From: Setoptus koraiensis | Lineage: Eukaryota; Animalia; Arthropoda | DNA: 64,000 nucleotides | Direction of reading: 5' to 3' | Assembly: GCA_048013815.1 (NCBI GenBank) | Contig: CM106586.1 | Coordinates: 21,886,001-21,950,000 of the forward strand | Shown here: piece by piece, positions 26,571-38,961 of the stretch | Numbering within the stretch: position 1 is the stretch's first letter | Layout: each line of letters opens with the position of its first letter | Made by a program: the position numbers and the translations under genes | Notes under the pieces: model-generated | Told to the model about the DNA's origin: nothing | The model's database searches: none | The model's input: only the letters and a program-made list of their open reading frames with translations

Positions 26571-29500
26571 GGCAGCTCATTATCATAAACAATCGACTCA
26601 TTGACGATGCGCTGGCACCGAGCGCACGGTCGCTCATTAATGAACTTGCCCGGCGCACACTGCGGCCGTGGCCGGCGCACAAAAAACCGGCCAACATTCC
26701 AGCGAATCTCCTTTGTTTGTTATTCGAATTGGAAGGCATCGCTTCTCTCGGCGCTATCGGTTGTTTCGCGCCACCAGTTCGATGGCCTTCTGCCTGAGCC
26801 ACTGGCGGCCAGTCTGCGGCCGACAACAGCCAGAGAAACGGCCAGAGAAACGGCCAGAGAGACGGCCAGAGAGACGGCCAAACGGAGAGACGGCCGAACG
26901 GAGAGACAACGGCCAGAGAAGGCAACAGAGCCGAGAAAAGAATGAATGAATTGCTCGCAGCGCGACCTTATTACCTGGCGCTATTATTGATGACGCCGGG
27001 CTGCGTCATGCGACTTGTTAGGGGCGTCCATTCGCGGCCGCTCTAATGTATCCACTGGCCGGCTCATTATCATCAAAATTCAATTTGTTTCCTATATCGG
27101 CCGCCGCTGCAGAGCGTCGCCGCATTATCGCCGGGCACAACAATGGCCAATGCAATTACACATCGGCCCTCACATCCCTCTGCCGGCGACACAAGACAAC
27201 TGGTGGCTGTCGCCGATTGCGTAATGGCTGCGACCATTCGTTGCGTCATTCACTTTTATCAATGCTGCTCTTATCAATCTCAATGAGATCATGACAGCGC
27301 CCACTGAGTCACTGAGTCACTGGCCACTGAGTCGGCCGGAGCGCCATCTACTCGCCGTTGGCCGGCACCAAGTGACCACTGTCAGTGGTAAGCTCGCCGT
27401 GACAAGCCTATAATTGTCATGCAGGTCACTTTGCACAGGCACTTACGTTGGCACAGTCGGCGTGTTGCTCGCTCGCTCGCTCCTCGTTGGCGCCCACAAC
27501 TGGCGCACACACTGTGTGCCGGACACCAGATCACAATTACAAATTACAGGTTTGCGCCAGCGCGCACAGTGTCAATCACCTGTGTGCCCTATGTCACATG
27601 TGTCCATCACAGGCGCACAGCACATGTCACATTTTGGGCCGACTTGACAATGTGACAGGCGGCACACAGCCGGTTTGTGGGCCGCTTTGAGCGCCGTCTA
27701 GGGCTCGTTTGACATCGATAACAGCGACCGATGATAACAGCGACGGATGGGCGATAATAGCATTTGCGGCCATCACACTTTGTGTAATACACATTGTGGC
27801 CTCTGCTCGCCACTGTGACGTAACTGCCGCAAACTGGGCTGCTCCCATTGCGCATTCTTTCAATGGCTCACCTGTGACAGGTACAGGCCGAAGTGGCGCC
27901 GGGCAACGGCGAGCGGCGGCGAGGGCGCGACCGGCGCGTGCCAGCCGCGCACAGTTCGGGCTGTGCGGCCCAATCGGTCAGGCGACAAGTGCGCCGAATT
28001 CCGCACCGATTTCGCTTGTCGGGCGCTTGTCGGGCGCTTCGCGAGCATTCAGAAAGAGAAAATTCCTCGCTCGCGATCGGCGCATCAATGGAACGCGCCG
28101 GGGCGCGCGCCCGATCGCAACAACAAGTGCCGCCCAGCACAACATGCACAAACGAGCGCGAGATGATGACATGTTACAAATAGTGGTTAGTGTCAATCAG
28201 TGCATATCGGTGAACGCCTCTGCCGGCCGCTCGCAACGGGCCGACATGCGATATTATCCCGGCCACTTGTTATAGACGCTGCGACGGCCAGTTCCGTTGC
28301 GCAACTGGCCAACGCAATTCACTTTTGGCGACTCGGGCGTGCGCGCCCTACCGGCCGCAGGCCGCAACCGGCCAGCGCTAGACTTGTACAGCAACTCGCC
28401 GTTTTGTGCGCGCAGCGCCGCCTGTGTCCCGGCGGCGAGCTCGGTGGGCCTGAGCGGCGGCTCGACCGGTCGGCTCGCCCGGTCGGCGTCTCGGGCGCGT
28501 CTTGACGCCGGCCGCATCGGCCCGTCCGACCGCAAAAATGTCCGACGCAAACACGGAGCGGCGGGTAGCCCGGGGCACAATGCTCCGGCACCGGCACCGA
28601 AACCGCAACAGCAACACGCAATGTCAACACGCCGCCGCACGAGATTGGGGCCAGTTGTGCGGCGGACGTGTCGCCCGGGACCCGGCCACAAACCGGCCAA
28701 CACTGACCACTGCCGGCCACAACTGACATGTGACGACCGCTGACATACGACGACTGCTGGCACAAATTGACAACTATTGATTGGGTGCGCGCGCGCGCGC
28801 TGCCAATTACTCGGCACCGCAAACAGCCGCCCAACAGCCCTGGGCCCCAGCGACGGCCCCGTCCGCCGCAAATCCGCCCGCCGCACGCCCGTCAAACTGA
28901 CCATCAAATCAGTGGCCCGTCGAGGCGCCGCTCGGGCCAATCGGGACCCAGAGGCCGGCGAACGGGCCCCGATAACACAAGCTGTAAGCTCATTAGCGCA
29001 TGCATCGTTGCGCTCAATGTCAATGCGTTGCTGGCGCTGGACTGTTTTTTGCTCATCTGCCAATTACTTTTTTTCCTCCACTGACAACTCGCCCCCCACG
29101 AGTTGTCAGTGCAGACGTCACGTTAATACACAACACGTTAATACATGTTACGTAATACACATGCACGAGCAGATTAATAGCCGCATGCACGCTTGTTTCA
29201 CTTTGGCCCATTCTGCTCCAAATTTGTGCGCAACTTCCTGTGTGTCGCCACTGCCAATTGCGCGTTTATCGATGGCTGTTGTGCCAATAAATGTGCAATT
29301 GTGTGCACGCCATTTGCATAAGTGGCTCGAGTGGCACACTTATGTAATTAGTTGACACACGGGCGTTGCGGTGGGTGTCGCTGCTGGTGTGCAAACAAAC
29401 CAGACCGAACCGAATAACAGTGGCACAGTAAATACAGTGCGCTTATAAACACGTACTCACACACGCACGCACGCACGCACACACACACACACCACAAATC

Positions 29501-29669
29501 ATTTGCATACGTAATGAGCTTATCGTGTGCGTCTGTGCCACGTGTGCTGCGAGATTGCACGTACTATCGTTGATTCGCCGATGCGCTACCATTTCGCGCC
29601 GTTGATTGGCGCGAAAGGCGCGAAAAAATATTGAGCTGCCGCCTCAACAAAACACTGTCTACTGGCTAC

Positions 29670-29670
<1 letters not shown>

Positions 29671-29700
<30 letters not shown>
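29671..29700 (+). repeat. (TG)15 microsatellite
   Basis: Read directly. Confidence 0.95.
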
Positions 29701-29702
<2 letters not shown>

Positions 29703-32700
29703 GGCCTTGCAATAAAATTGTCATTACTGTCATAACAGCGGCGCCATTACGTCATCGTGGGCGCTGCTGCGAATAATTGGCAAGACCGGCTCTATACGGC
29801 GCGCGTGTGACGCCGGTATAGGTTTGCTGACAACAGTTTGTGAGCGATTCATGCGGCACAGCGGTCATATTGCACAACTGGGCGCATGGCGACATTGCGC
29901 AACAGCTCCAGTGGCACAACTTGGGTTTTGGGTCAGTTTGCTGCGGGCCGGTTCGGGTCAGCTGACACACGGGCAAACAGTGCGGCTGGCGCTTGATCGC
30001 GGGTCGATCGCCAATCAGTGGGCGGCTGTCACTCGTGTGTGTGTGTGTAATACATAGCGGCGGGCTTAAATTAAGTGACGGTTGGGCCCACATCAGCTGA
30101 CATGAGCCGCTGGCTGGCTGTTGGTCGTTAGCCGAACTAACATTGGTGGGCGAAATAGGCAAACAAATGCCAATTACATAATCAATCAAGTTTATTATCA
30201 TTGATAATGAACAGAGACTCGTCATCGGCGCCGTCATCCGTTCAATGAACTGCCACCGCTGGCTGCTTCTTCTTCTTGTTCTTGTTCTGGCTTGTCGCTG
30301 TTTGACAGCGAGCGGCAGCAACAACAACAACCACGGCAACAACCGCGGCAACAACCACGGCAACAGCGGCAACAACCACGGCAACAGCGGCAACAACGAC
30401 GGCAACAACGACAGCGACAACAAGGTTAGCCAGAACTGGAAATGGAAGCTCCAAATTGATGCGCGCCGCCAGTGATATATAATGGCCGAATGGCACAAAT
30501 GGCGCCCCCTTCGTGCGCGGCAATCACAACGTCGGCCGACCAATCAGTAGACAGTAGATAATCAGCAGAGGAATACATTACGTCAGACGATCGCGGCCGA
30601 TGCCTCTCGGCTACAATTGGGACATTATGTAATTTTTGCTTTAGTTTCATTGTCTCTCGTTGCCTCTCCATTACTAACCAATCGATGTGCGGCTGGCTGT
30701 GCGGCAAGCCAAACATTGCGTAATACAAACAGTGCCAGTAGCAACAACAACAACAACGACAACTACTACACATGACGCAATGCCATTACTTACTCATACC
30801 GTTACCACTGCTGCTGGCTGCTGGCTGCATCAACTACTCTGACCACTGTTATGTAACCACTGCTGACACTTGCTGCTGCCGCTGCTGCTGCTGTGCACAC
30901 TGTTACGTAATGTTGCGTAATTTGCACAGCGCAAACTGCCAATAACACTGCTGCTGGTTGCAGTGTTATGGGGCAGTATTGGCAATATTGTTGTTGTGCT
31001 GGCTGCTGCAACATACACTGTAACACGGGATAATACAAGCCATGATTTGATTAGCCAGTTGATCATGATTCAGTCGGTGATGGGCTCCACTCGTAGCGAC
31101 ATGACCGGCCCGGGTGGCGCATGTGCCGCGCACAAACACTACGCGACCACAATGTTGCGCTTACAATCGAGCAGCCAGTTATCGTTATGTAACTTATGTT
31201 GTGTGCCGCCGCCGCCGCCGCACTTGCTCTTGCTCGCCCGCGGCAATTTGAGGCCGACCAGCCCGCTCAAACAGCGTCTGGCGGCGGGCCGCTTCACACA
31301 GACAGTGAGCGCCCCCCGAAGTCCCGAGCGGCCAGATGTTGCGTAATGAGCTGCATGTGTGTCGCTGCACGTGAGCGACAACAAACACTGCTTCGTGGCG
31401 CAAAAAGAGGCCCCGGCCTTGCTCGCTCGTGCACTGCTCAAACGGATCGCCCGTGCGCCGCTCGTTCGCTGCTCGTGCATGATGACGGCAAATCGGTGGC
31501 ATATTGATTGTCGATATCGATCACCGGCCATCGCGTCGGCCGAGCGGAGCCCCAGCGCACCAACAATTGCGAGTTAGCGGACGACGCTGGCAAGACTGTG
31601 CCGGCGCCGGCACAGCTCGCCAGAGTGGGCCCATTGTGGACTATGGCCACCATAGCCACAGTGTAGTCGTATGCGACTAAATTGTGTCCAAGTGTCCTAT
31701 AAACAACTACGCGCAACACGAGCGGGCCGCGACCCTGGCAAGCTAGCTGTAATGTGGCCTATAATGTGTCGCGCTCGTGTAGCCAACGATTATGTTGTTG
31801 TTTGGTGTGTGTTCCGGCAAACAAGCGGGGGCCAGCGGAATGACACACAACATTTGTCGGTCATGTAACGCGCGCGGGGCCAGTGGGCCAATTGAAAAAT
31901 GATGATCAAATGTTGTCATTATATATCAGTTGGCGCCATCTACTCGCCGTGTTTGTGTTATGGTGCTGTTATTGGCTCGCGCGGCGCCGGAATTAGCCGC
32001 TAGCCTGGCCGGTGTTACGTAATAAAGCGAGCGTTGTGTGATAAAGCGAGCGTCGCGATAAGGCGAGCCTTGCGATGAAGCGAGCCTTGCGATAAAACGA
32101 GCGGTGTGAGCGATAAACAGTTGGCTGGCGCAAATAATGATGAGAGAGAGAGATTATATTCTGGAATGAGGGGGATAAAAACACCAGCCAGTTGTAGCTG
32201 GCGGACGATAAAAGCGGCCGCCAGTCGGCCGTTTTATCGGGTTTTATCCGTTTGCAGCTCGGTCGGCAGCAGCCGACTGGCAGTCGGCGACGGGCCCCAA
32301 CAAGCGGCGGCTATGATGAATTGTGGCGAGAACAGGGCCAATTCTTTTCAATTCTTCACTTTGTATTATTGTTGTTGTGCGCGTTGCGTTGCGACACGAG
32401 TGAGGCCAACTGTGCGGGCCAACTGGCGAGAAGTTGCCACAACTGAAACCGAAACTGGAGCACAAACTCAACAACTGGCGCCCCCTTACACGACCAGCGT
32501 TACGACACCAAACAGTCACACTAACTGTTTGCTGTCGCGGCCATTACGCAACATAACAAGTCGCTGTTGCGTAACGCGGCCGCTGTTGCTGGCGACACGA
32601 GCCCCGCCAACAAATTCGTTGTTGTTGTTGCTGTTGTTGCTGTTGCCGCTGTTGTTGTTGCCGGTCGCTGTTGTTGCTGCCAGTTGCTGTTGTCGCTTGT

Positions 32701-35700
32701 CGTGCTCGATGAGCAAACAATGATGATGAGCAACAACAGCAGCGCCGCCAAATGACCACCACTTAATACCTATACAATTACGTAATGGCCACCGGTGCAC
32801 TGTTCACATATGTAACATGCCATATATCTAGCAAGTTACATTTACACACATAACAGGCGATATGAGGCGCGGATATGTTTCGGGTCGGCATGCCGGGGCC
32901 CGTTGTGCCCATTTCGCCGGCCGTCCATATCCACCGGGCGGCGATATCCACTGAGCGGCGATATCCAGTGCCCGGCGATATCCAGTGCCCGGCGATATCC
33001 ACTTGGCAACGGTGTCCGCTGTAACACGGTGGCGCTTTGTTGCAAAATGGCCAGCAGCGCGCGCTAATAAATAATAACACCGCCGCCAGATAATAGCACG
33101 TAACATAATTGAATTCAATTGAATATGACCCGCTTCCACGTGCTCGTGAGTGTTGCGCAACCGTTGCGCACGACATGCCCGCTATCTATGTGAGCCATCT
33201 TGCGTCATGTTGCGTCAGACATTTATAGTTATGTTTATATTTTCTTCTGTGCCACCGCCGCTGTTGCGATGTTGATCTCGCGCACAAAGTGGCACAAATT
33301 GCGCCAATTGTTTATAAAGTGAACGCACACAACAAACACAGTTGAGCTAGTTACCGGCACAGCGAAAGTGTGCCGGTTGCGTAATCGTAATTGCATCGCA
33401 TCCATCTAATCACTGTGCAGTTGACGCTGGCCGAAATGCGCCTGTTTCGGCGCAGGGGCCCCCCAAACAAGCACGACAAACAACGACGACGAGACAAATG
33501 ATCGGCGGCCCTTAGATCGCCGCTTAGATCGCGTGAACGGGCGCACGCGCCGCGCGCCCCCTGCACGTGCAACTATCGCTCGCTTGCTACAAACAAACGA
33601 TTTGGGCCGAATGGGCCAACTCTGCCAGCACGGGTACCAAAGCGGGTACCCGTGGGTGTGAGTGTGTGGGGCCCGCGCGAGTGGCCAGTTGTCGCTGTGC
33701 GGCAGCGGCGCGCGAGCAGATTAAGATTAGCATCGCAAAACGCGAACGAGAAAAAACAGCGCCGAACAGAACAGAAAACAATCGATGGTGGGATATAAAC
33801 AACGCTAATGGCCACTGACAAACGGCCAGGCGCACTTACAAATTGGATGATTTACTAGCTGACCATTTGGGTCGTTTCGCGGCCGGCCCGGCGCAACTGG
33901 GCGCGCTGTGACGGGCCGCCGATGGCCGCCAAGTGGGCCCGCGCCGCACAAACGCAAACAACACGGCACGGCACGGGCCAGGCAAGTCAAAAATCGACAA
34001 CAAACATTAAAAAGATCATTTTTCATGGGGCGCCCCTCACTGGCGGCGGCCACTTCGGCGGGCCCACTTTTCGCTGGCGCCGCGGCCAGTCGACAGCGGC
34101 ACAAATGCGCAGCGGCGCACGGGCGCAGAGGTGCGGAGGTGGCGCGGTGGTGCCATGGTGCGGTGGTGCGGCCGAGGGCCAAAAAGTGAGCCGGCAAAGG
34201 GGCACCGGGCGGCGGAAGGAAGAGGACACTTCATTAATTGGACACGGGCGCGCGGGCCGGCGCCGCTCAATTTGAGTGCGCTCACACTTAAATTATCACC
34301 CATTGAGTGCGGTGCCCAAAAAATAATGATTCTCACTTTATCTGGCCAATCGGGCCGCGCCGGTGGCCGGGCCGCACAACAATGCGCCGAGATGGCCGCT
34401 TGATTAATGCTCTTGTTTTGCGCGGCCGGGCCGCTTTTTTGCTGGTTGCGGCGTCGCGCGTACCGGCGCCAATATCGGCATCGCCGGGCACACCCGTTGG
34501 GGCGCCGCACATGCCACCATAACGGCATTATGATAACGCTGCACATGTTAGGCGTTCGCCGAGTGTCCACCCGCGCGACACCCAGCCAATCAATTTATAC
34601 GTTCGCTCGCGCCTCGAGATTCTTATCTGCCACGTAAGCTGCCCAACGCGTGACGTAATGTTGTTATTTGGAGAAATCGCTATGCAATTGCAACTGGCCA
34701 GCCTGCGCACGACCGCGCAATCGATCGCATTTCGCTGCACACTCTCTGCGCCGATCCGTCGCGGAACTTCCGCTCTCCCGGTCGCGCCCCCGCCGCACAA
34801 TGCACTAATCTAATGATTGCCAGCAAATTGTGGGCCCGCAACAGGGTGTGTCAGTTCAGCGGGTCGCTCGTGTTGGCGTTGGCGCCGGAAACGAGCGGTT
34901 GGCCTCACCTTATGGTGTCCAGACTAGAGACTCCAGTTGAGAAATTGTTGTGTTTGTTGTGATTGCGCAAGCGGCTAATGATCGCACGACACGGCCTGTG
35001 TGTGGCGCGACAAGCGAGCGCCCCCTGTCCCCCGTTTCGGATTGGGCCCGTCGACAGGTGCCGACAGGTTCGGCCGGGCGCCGCTCGGGTCGTGGGCGGC
35101 ACAAGCAAACAAAGTGAAAACAATCGAGCTGTGCACGATAAGGCACATCACAAACTGTGCCATCAAACAACAATTGCTGGCACAATCAAGCGAGCTAGCC
35201 GCCCGTTAAGATTGAAACAGTTTCAACAGTCGAACAGTTAAGTCGCCCGCTAAAAGCGCCCCCTTTCCTGTTTAACTTAAATTAAATTGTTAAACGATTT
35301 CTTCGTTGCGCCCATTTCTGTGGCGCCCTCGCTGGCTGCCAGATCCGCCGCCGGCCCCAGCGACTACGCCGAAGTAACGGCATGATTGTTTAAATTATTT
35401 TATTTGCGCGCCTCTGTTGGCTGCGCCCTTTGCGTATTATCTGGCTCGGCCGAGTATTAGCGGCCGACGATGAGATGCCAGCCTGATGATGTTGTTATTG
35501 TTGTTGGCTGTTGCTTGTCGCTGGCTGCTGCTGGCTGCTGCCGGGGCCCCAAGAAACGAGACATGATTTTGGGCGTCGCGATCGTTTGGTTGTTAAACCA
35601 AACGACGCGCTGCCGGCGCCAACGAACCAACCGGCGAATAATAACCGAACGGCCCCACAAAATGGCCATTACGCGCCACGTTGCACCAACTTGGTTGCGT

Positions 35701-38406
35701 GTTTTAGCACGTAACCAAGAGAGAGAGAGAGCGAGTTTAATTTTGACAACAATTTGTCGTATCGCACACTCCGATTGGCTGCAACCGGGCCAAATTGAGT
35801 CTGCGGCAAATTGGTTGCAGGTTGGCGCGGATAAAAAGAAGGAACGGCTTACCTCGCGAGTCGCGAGCCGCGCCACTGCCGACCGTGGCCACCGCTGGCG
35901 CCGCCGCCCCCGACCGAAGCAATAACGGCGAGCTCCGGCAAAACTTTTCACAATTTCGCTTTTCACAATTTGCTTTTCACAACTTTGCCTCGCACAACTT
36001 TGCCTCTCACAAGTTTGCCCCTCACAATTGAAGCAACGCTGCGGCTCACGGTGCGACCCAGTGGGCCAAATTGACTCTGTGTGCAGCTCTTATCGCGTCG
36101 CTGCAATCTAATCTCAGTAAATAACGAGAATGCAACAACGGATTTGGCGCCCGTTCGATCGGGCCCACGGAGCGCGCCGGCGAGCCGAACGGAGGAACGG
36201 GCCCGAGAAGGGCGAGCGTTCGGCACACAAAACAACGACGCCGATGACGTGGGGGCGGCCCGAAAGAGTTTAATGGTTTTTTGTGGCGCAAACATTTATT
36301 GCATCAGCGGGCCGCGATGACACGACGCGTCTCATTTGATTACGCACCAATGGATCTATATCATCGCGGGCGCACAACTCGTGCCGTCAAACTATCACAC
36401 CATCATCGCACTATCACTGCACTATCGCCAGCAAAGCCAGCCGAGCCAGCAACGCAACAACAACGACGCAACAACAACACGGCAACAATGCAACAACAAT
36501 ACAAAGTTGCCCATTTGCATAATGATGATGATTGTTGTTGTTGTTGTTGTTGTGCCGACCGTTATTTTGTGATTTATCTGCAACACTGCTGTGCACTTGT
36601 GTGCACGCGCGCAAACCGTTGCGTAACGGCGGACAAAACTGTTACGCGCGCGAGCGAGACAAATTGAATTGCTCTGACAAGAGCTCTCCGTCGGTCGTTT
36701 GGAAATAAAATTAAAAATAAAATAAATCGCTCAACTGTGCGCGCACAATTTATCGCCGAGCAACCGCGGCCGGCCCGAACAGGTAGCGCGGGTTCGCGTT
36801 TTGCAGCCCGCGAATCGAGGGGCTCTCCTCGAATGTCGCGCCATCGGGTATACCCCCTGCGATGTGTGCGATGGCGAGACCGCCAAAGAGCTAGACGCGC
36901 AGTTGACACTTTTCTCGCACAATCCGCGCCCGCACGATTCGCGCCCGCGACGACATTCTGTTGAAGTTTACATGAGTCAGGAATAACATAACAAGAACTC
37001 GAACTAACTAGATTTCAATTATTTATTTTTAAATTGTTTAGTTGTTTTTGTTTAAATCCAACAATCTTTATAAATAAAATACTTTATAATCTACAGGCTT
37101 CAAAAATCTTTTTGATCTCCTTAGTTCTAAACATGTGGATTTAGCAATGAGTTCATATGAGAATCCATATATGTGTATTTAAACTAATTACTATCTGAAA
37201 AATAGATGTAATTAGATTCTATTGTAGGTACAACTGTTACGTTATACAGACTATTGATCAAAATATTTGAACCAGTAATACTGATGTTATATTGATTTCC
37301 ATTCAATTCCATACAATTCGACCGATTATAGCCTTCATTTGTAATGAATCTTATCGCATATTTAATTATCTTGACAGCTTGATATTATACATGGTTGTGA
37401 TTATATGTTTTTCATTGATGTTGATAGTACTAATGATAAGGATTAATTATGATTGTTTTGAAATGGTAAGTTCTTATTTCCAATTTGTAAATTATTCAGG
37501 AGTTTGGTCAAACTGTTATTTGTTTATATGTTCTTTGTTTAACGAACACTGTGTAACGAAACACTTTTGATTGTACAACCTGAGCTTTTAGTTATATATA
37601 ATGCTTAATCTGATACAAGTTATCCAATACTCATTTTATCGTTCTATGTGTAACTTGAATGTTCAAAATCATTTGTTATTTTTGATATTATGCTGAATTC
37701 TATTCTGATAACCTAAATTCTTCTTGTAACAGCGTATACGGTAATCTCATCTTACTGTTTGGGCGACTGTTTTTCACTTATTGTTTGGTTATATTAAGTA
37801 AGATGCAACAATAATAATAAGGCAACTAAATGCAACTTTGATTCGAAAATATTAATAATTAGTGTATATATATTGTCGTATACTAGTATGACTTTATCAT
37901 TAATCACTATGTGTTTGCATCTGGAGGTAACTATGACAGTTGGCATACGATTATATTTGTGATGATAAACAATGATGAATGATCGTATGAATGAACGATA
38001 GTTTTGCTTCCTTATTCCTCTATTAGATTCATCATTATCCATTAAAGTTGTCAACCAATATTTAACTTGATGCAACGAACTGTTTCAAAACTTGCAATTT
38101 GTCCTTCTATAATTTCAATGGTTCCGTGCTTTTCTAATATAGAAGCCTTTTAGTTGAGAACTGTATCTGAATATTTCAACCAATGATAGTAAGTATTTAT
38201 CAAATGCTGACTTCAAAAGGAAAAATGACGCACTATATCATAAATGAATGAACATTGCCAAGATCATTGTTGCTAGCTTGCAGATAATCTCTCACAGATC
38301 TAACTATTCAAGTATATATACTGTCGCTGTTGTTCGGATCACTTAAAACAGTTTGTTCGATTATTATTATATCACAATTCAGAATGGATAACTTTTCTAA
38401 CTCTTA

Positions 38407-38802
38407 TTATCTAATAATAATTTTGTTATTATTGCGAATCACTACTATTATTCTTTGGACATTAAACAAAAACAAAAATGTATCAGCAATAATTCTTGAA
38501 CTGTGAGTAGATTTTGATAGTAGATTGTGCTGAAATAAATTAACGCTGACACATTGTGTTTCTTTAGATATTCTAATAATTTGTCTACGTATTATGGTAG
38601 CTCTTACTAATTGTTCTTGTGTGCTAATTATGTGCGCAACAATGTTGTCAACGAACGAACTTTCTCTCGAATGCTCGGGAGCCTCAAAAATTATCTTGTG
38701 AATAATTCTCTGTGGTAGTACAGGATATTGTTTGGCTTGCCACTTGACACTTGTTGGCTGAAAATATGGATGATCGTCTTTATCCCAACTTTCCATATCC
38801 AT
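38407..38802 (-). pseudogene. Largest remnant (131 aa) of a decayed ORF in the insert (MDMESWDKDDHPYFQPTSVKWQAKQYPVLPQ...)
   Basis: High-complexity protein-like ORF with an ATG about 80 nt after a TATA/Inr promoter. Further same-strand fragments (e.g. 37,794-38,075) are broken by stops and frameshifts. Confidence 0.5.
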
Positions 38803-38850
38803 TTTAGTTCGAATTCTATGAGGTTCTAAAACTAAACTTTAATTTCTATT

Positions 38851-38887
38851 GTAGGTAACTACGCGTGGGTTCGAATCCACTGACGCA
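38851..38887 (+). pseudogene. tRNA 3'-half fragment (type II, Ser/Leu-like: variable arm plus T arm/B box)
   Basis: GTAG-GTAA-CTAC stem-loop followed by GCGTGGGTTCGAATCCAC. The T stem is one C short, and there is no D arm, anticodon arm or A box upstream. Confidence 0.4.
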
Positions 38888-38907
38888 AATTGCTGCTGGT
38901 ATTTATA
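38879..38907 (-). promoter_or_regulatory. TATA box (TATAAATA) plus arthropod-type initiator TCAGT
   Basis: TATAAATA at 38,907-38,900 and TCAGT at 38,883-38,879; the Inr A is 26 nt from the TATA T. The promoter points into the insert ORF. Confidence 0.5.
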
Positions 38908-38927
38908 CCAAACGATCAACCTAGTCT

Positions 38928-38961
38928 CGTATGAATGCAATTTATTAATTGCATCCATACG
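38928..38961. repeat. Hairpin with 15-bp arms (14/15) and a 4-nt loop
   Basis: CGTATGAATGCAATT-TATT-AATTGCATCCATACG. Confidence 0.85.

Noticed and set aside
26971-26980. TTACCTGGCG resembling the U1 snRNA 5' end
   Set aside because: Only 10 nt; the rest of U1 is absent.
36994-38817. 13/14 inverted match (36,994-37,007 vs 38,804-38,817) as a TIR
   Set aside because: Not collinear with the 25-bp inverted repeat, and plausible by chance in AT-rich DNA.
37164-38857. Degenerate 70-bp direct repeats as LTRs
   Set aside because: Only 14 bp are exact; there are no TG...CA ends and no gag/pol remnants recognised.
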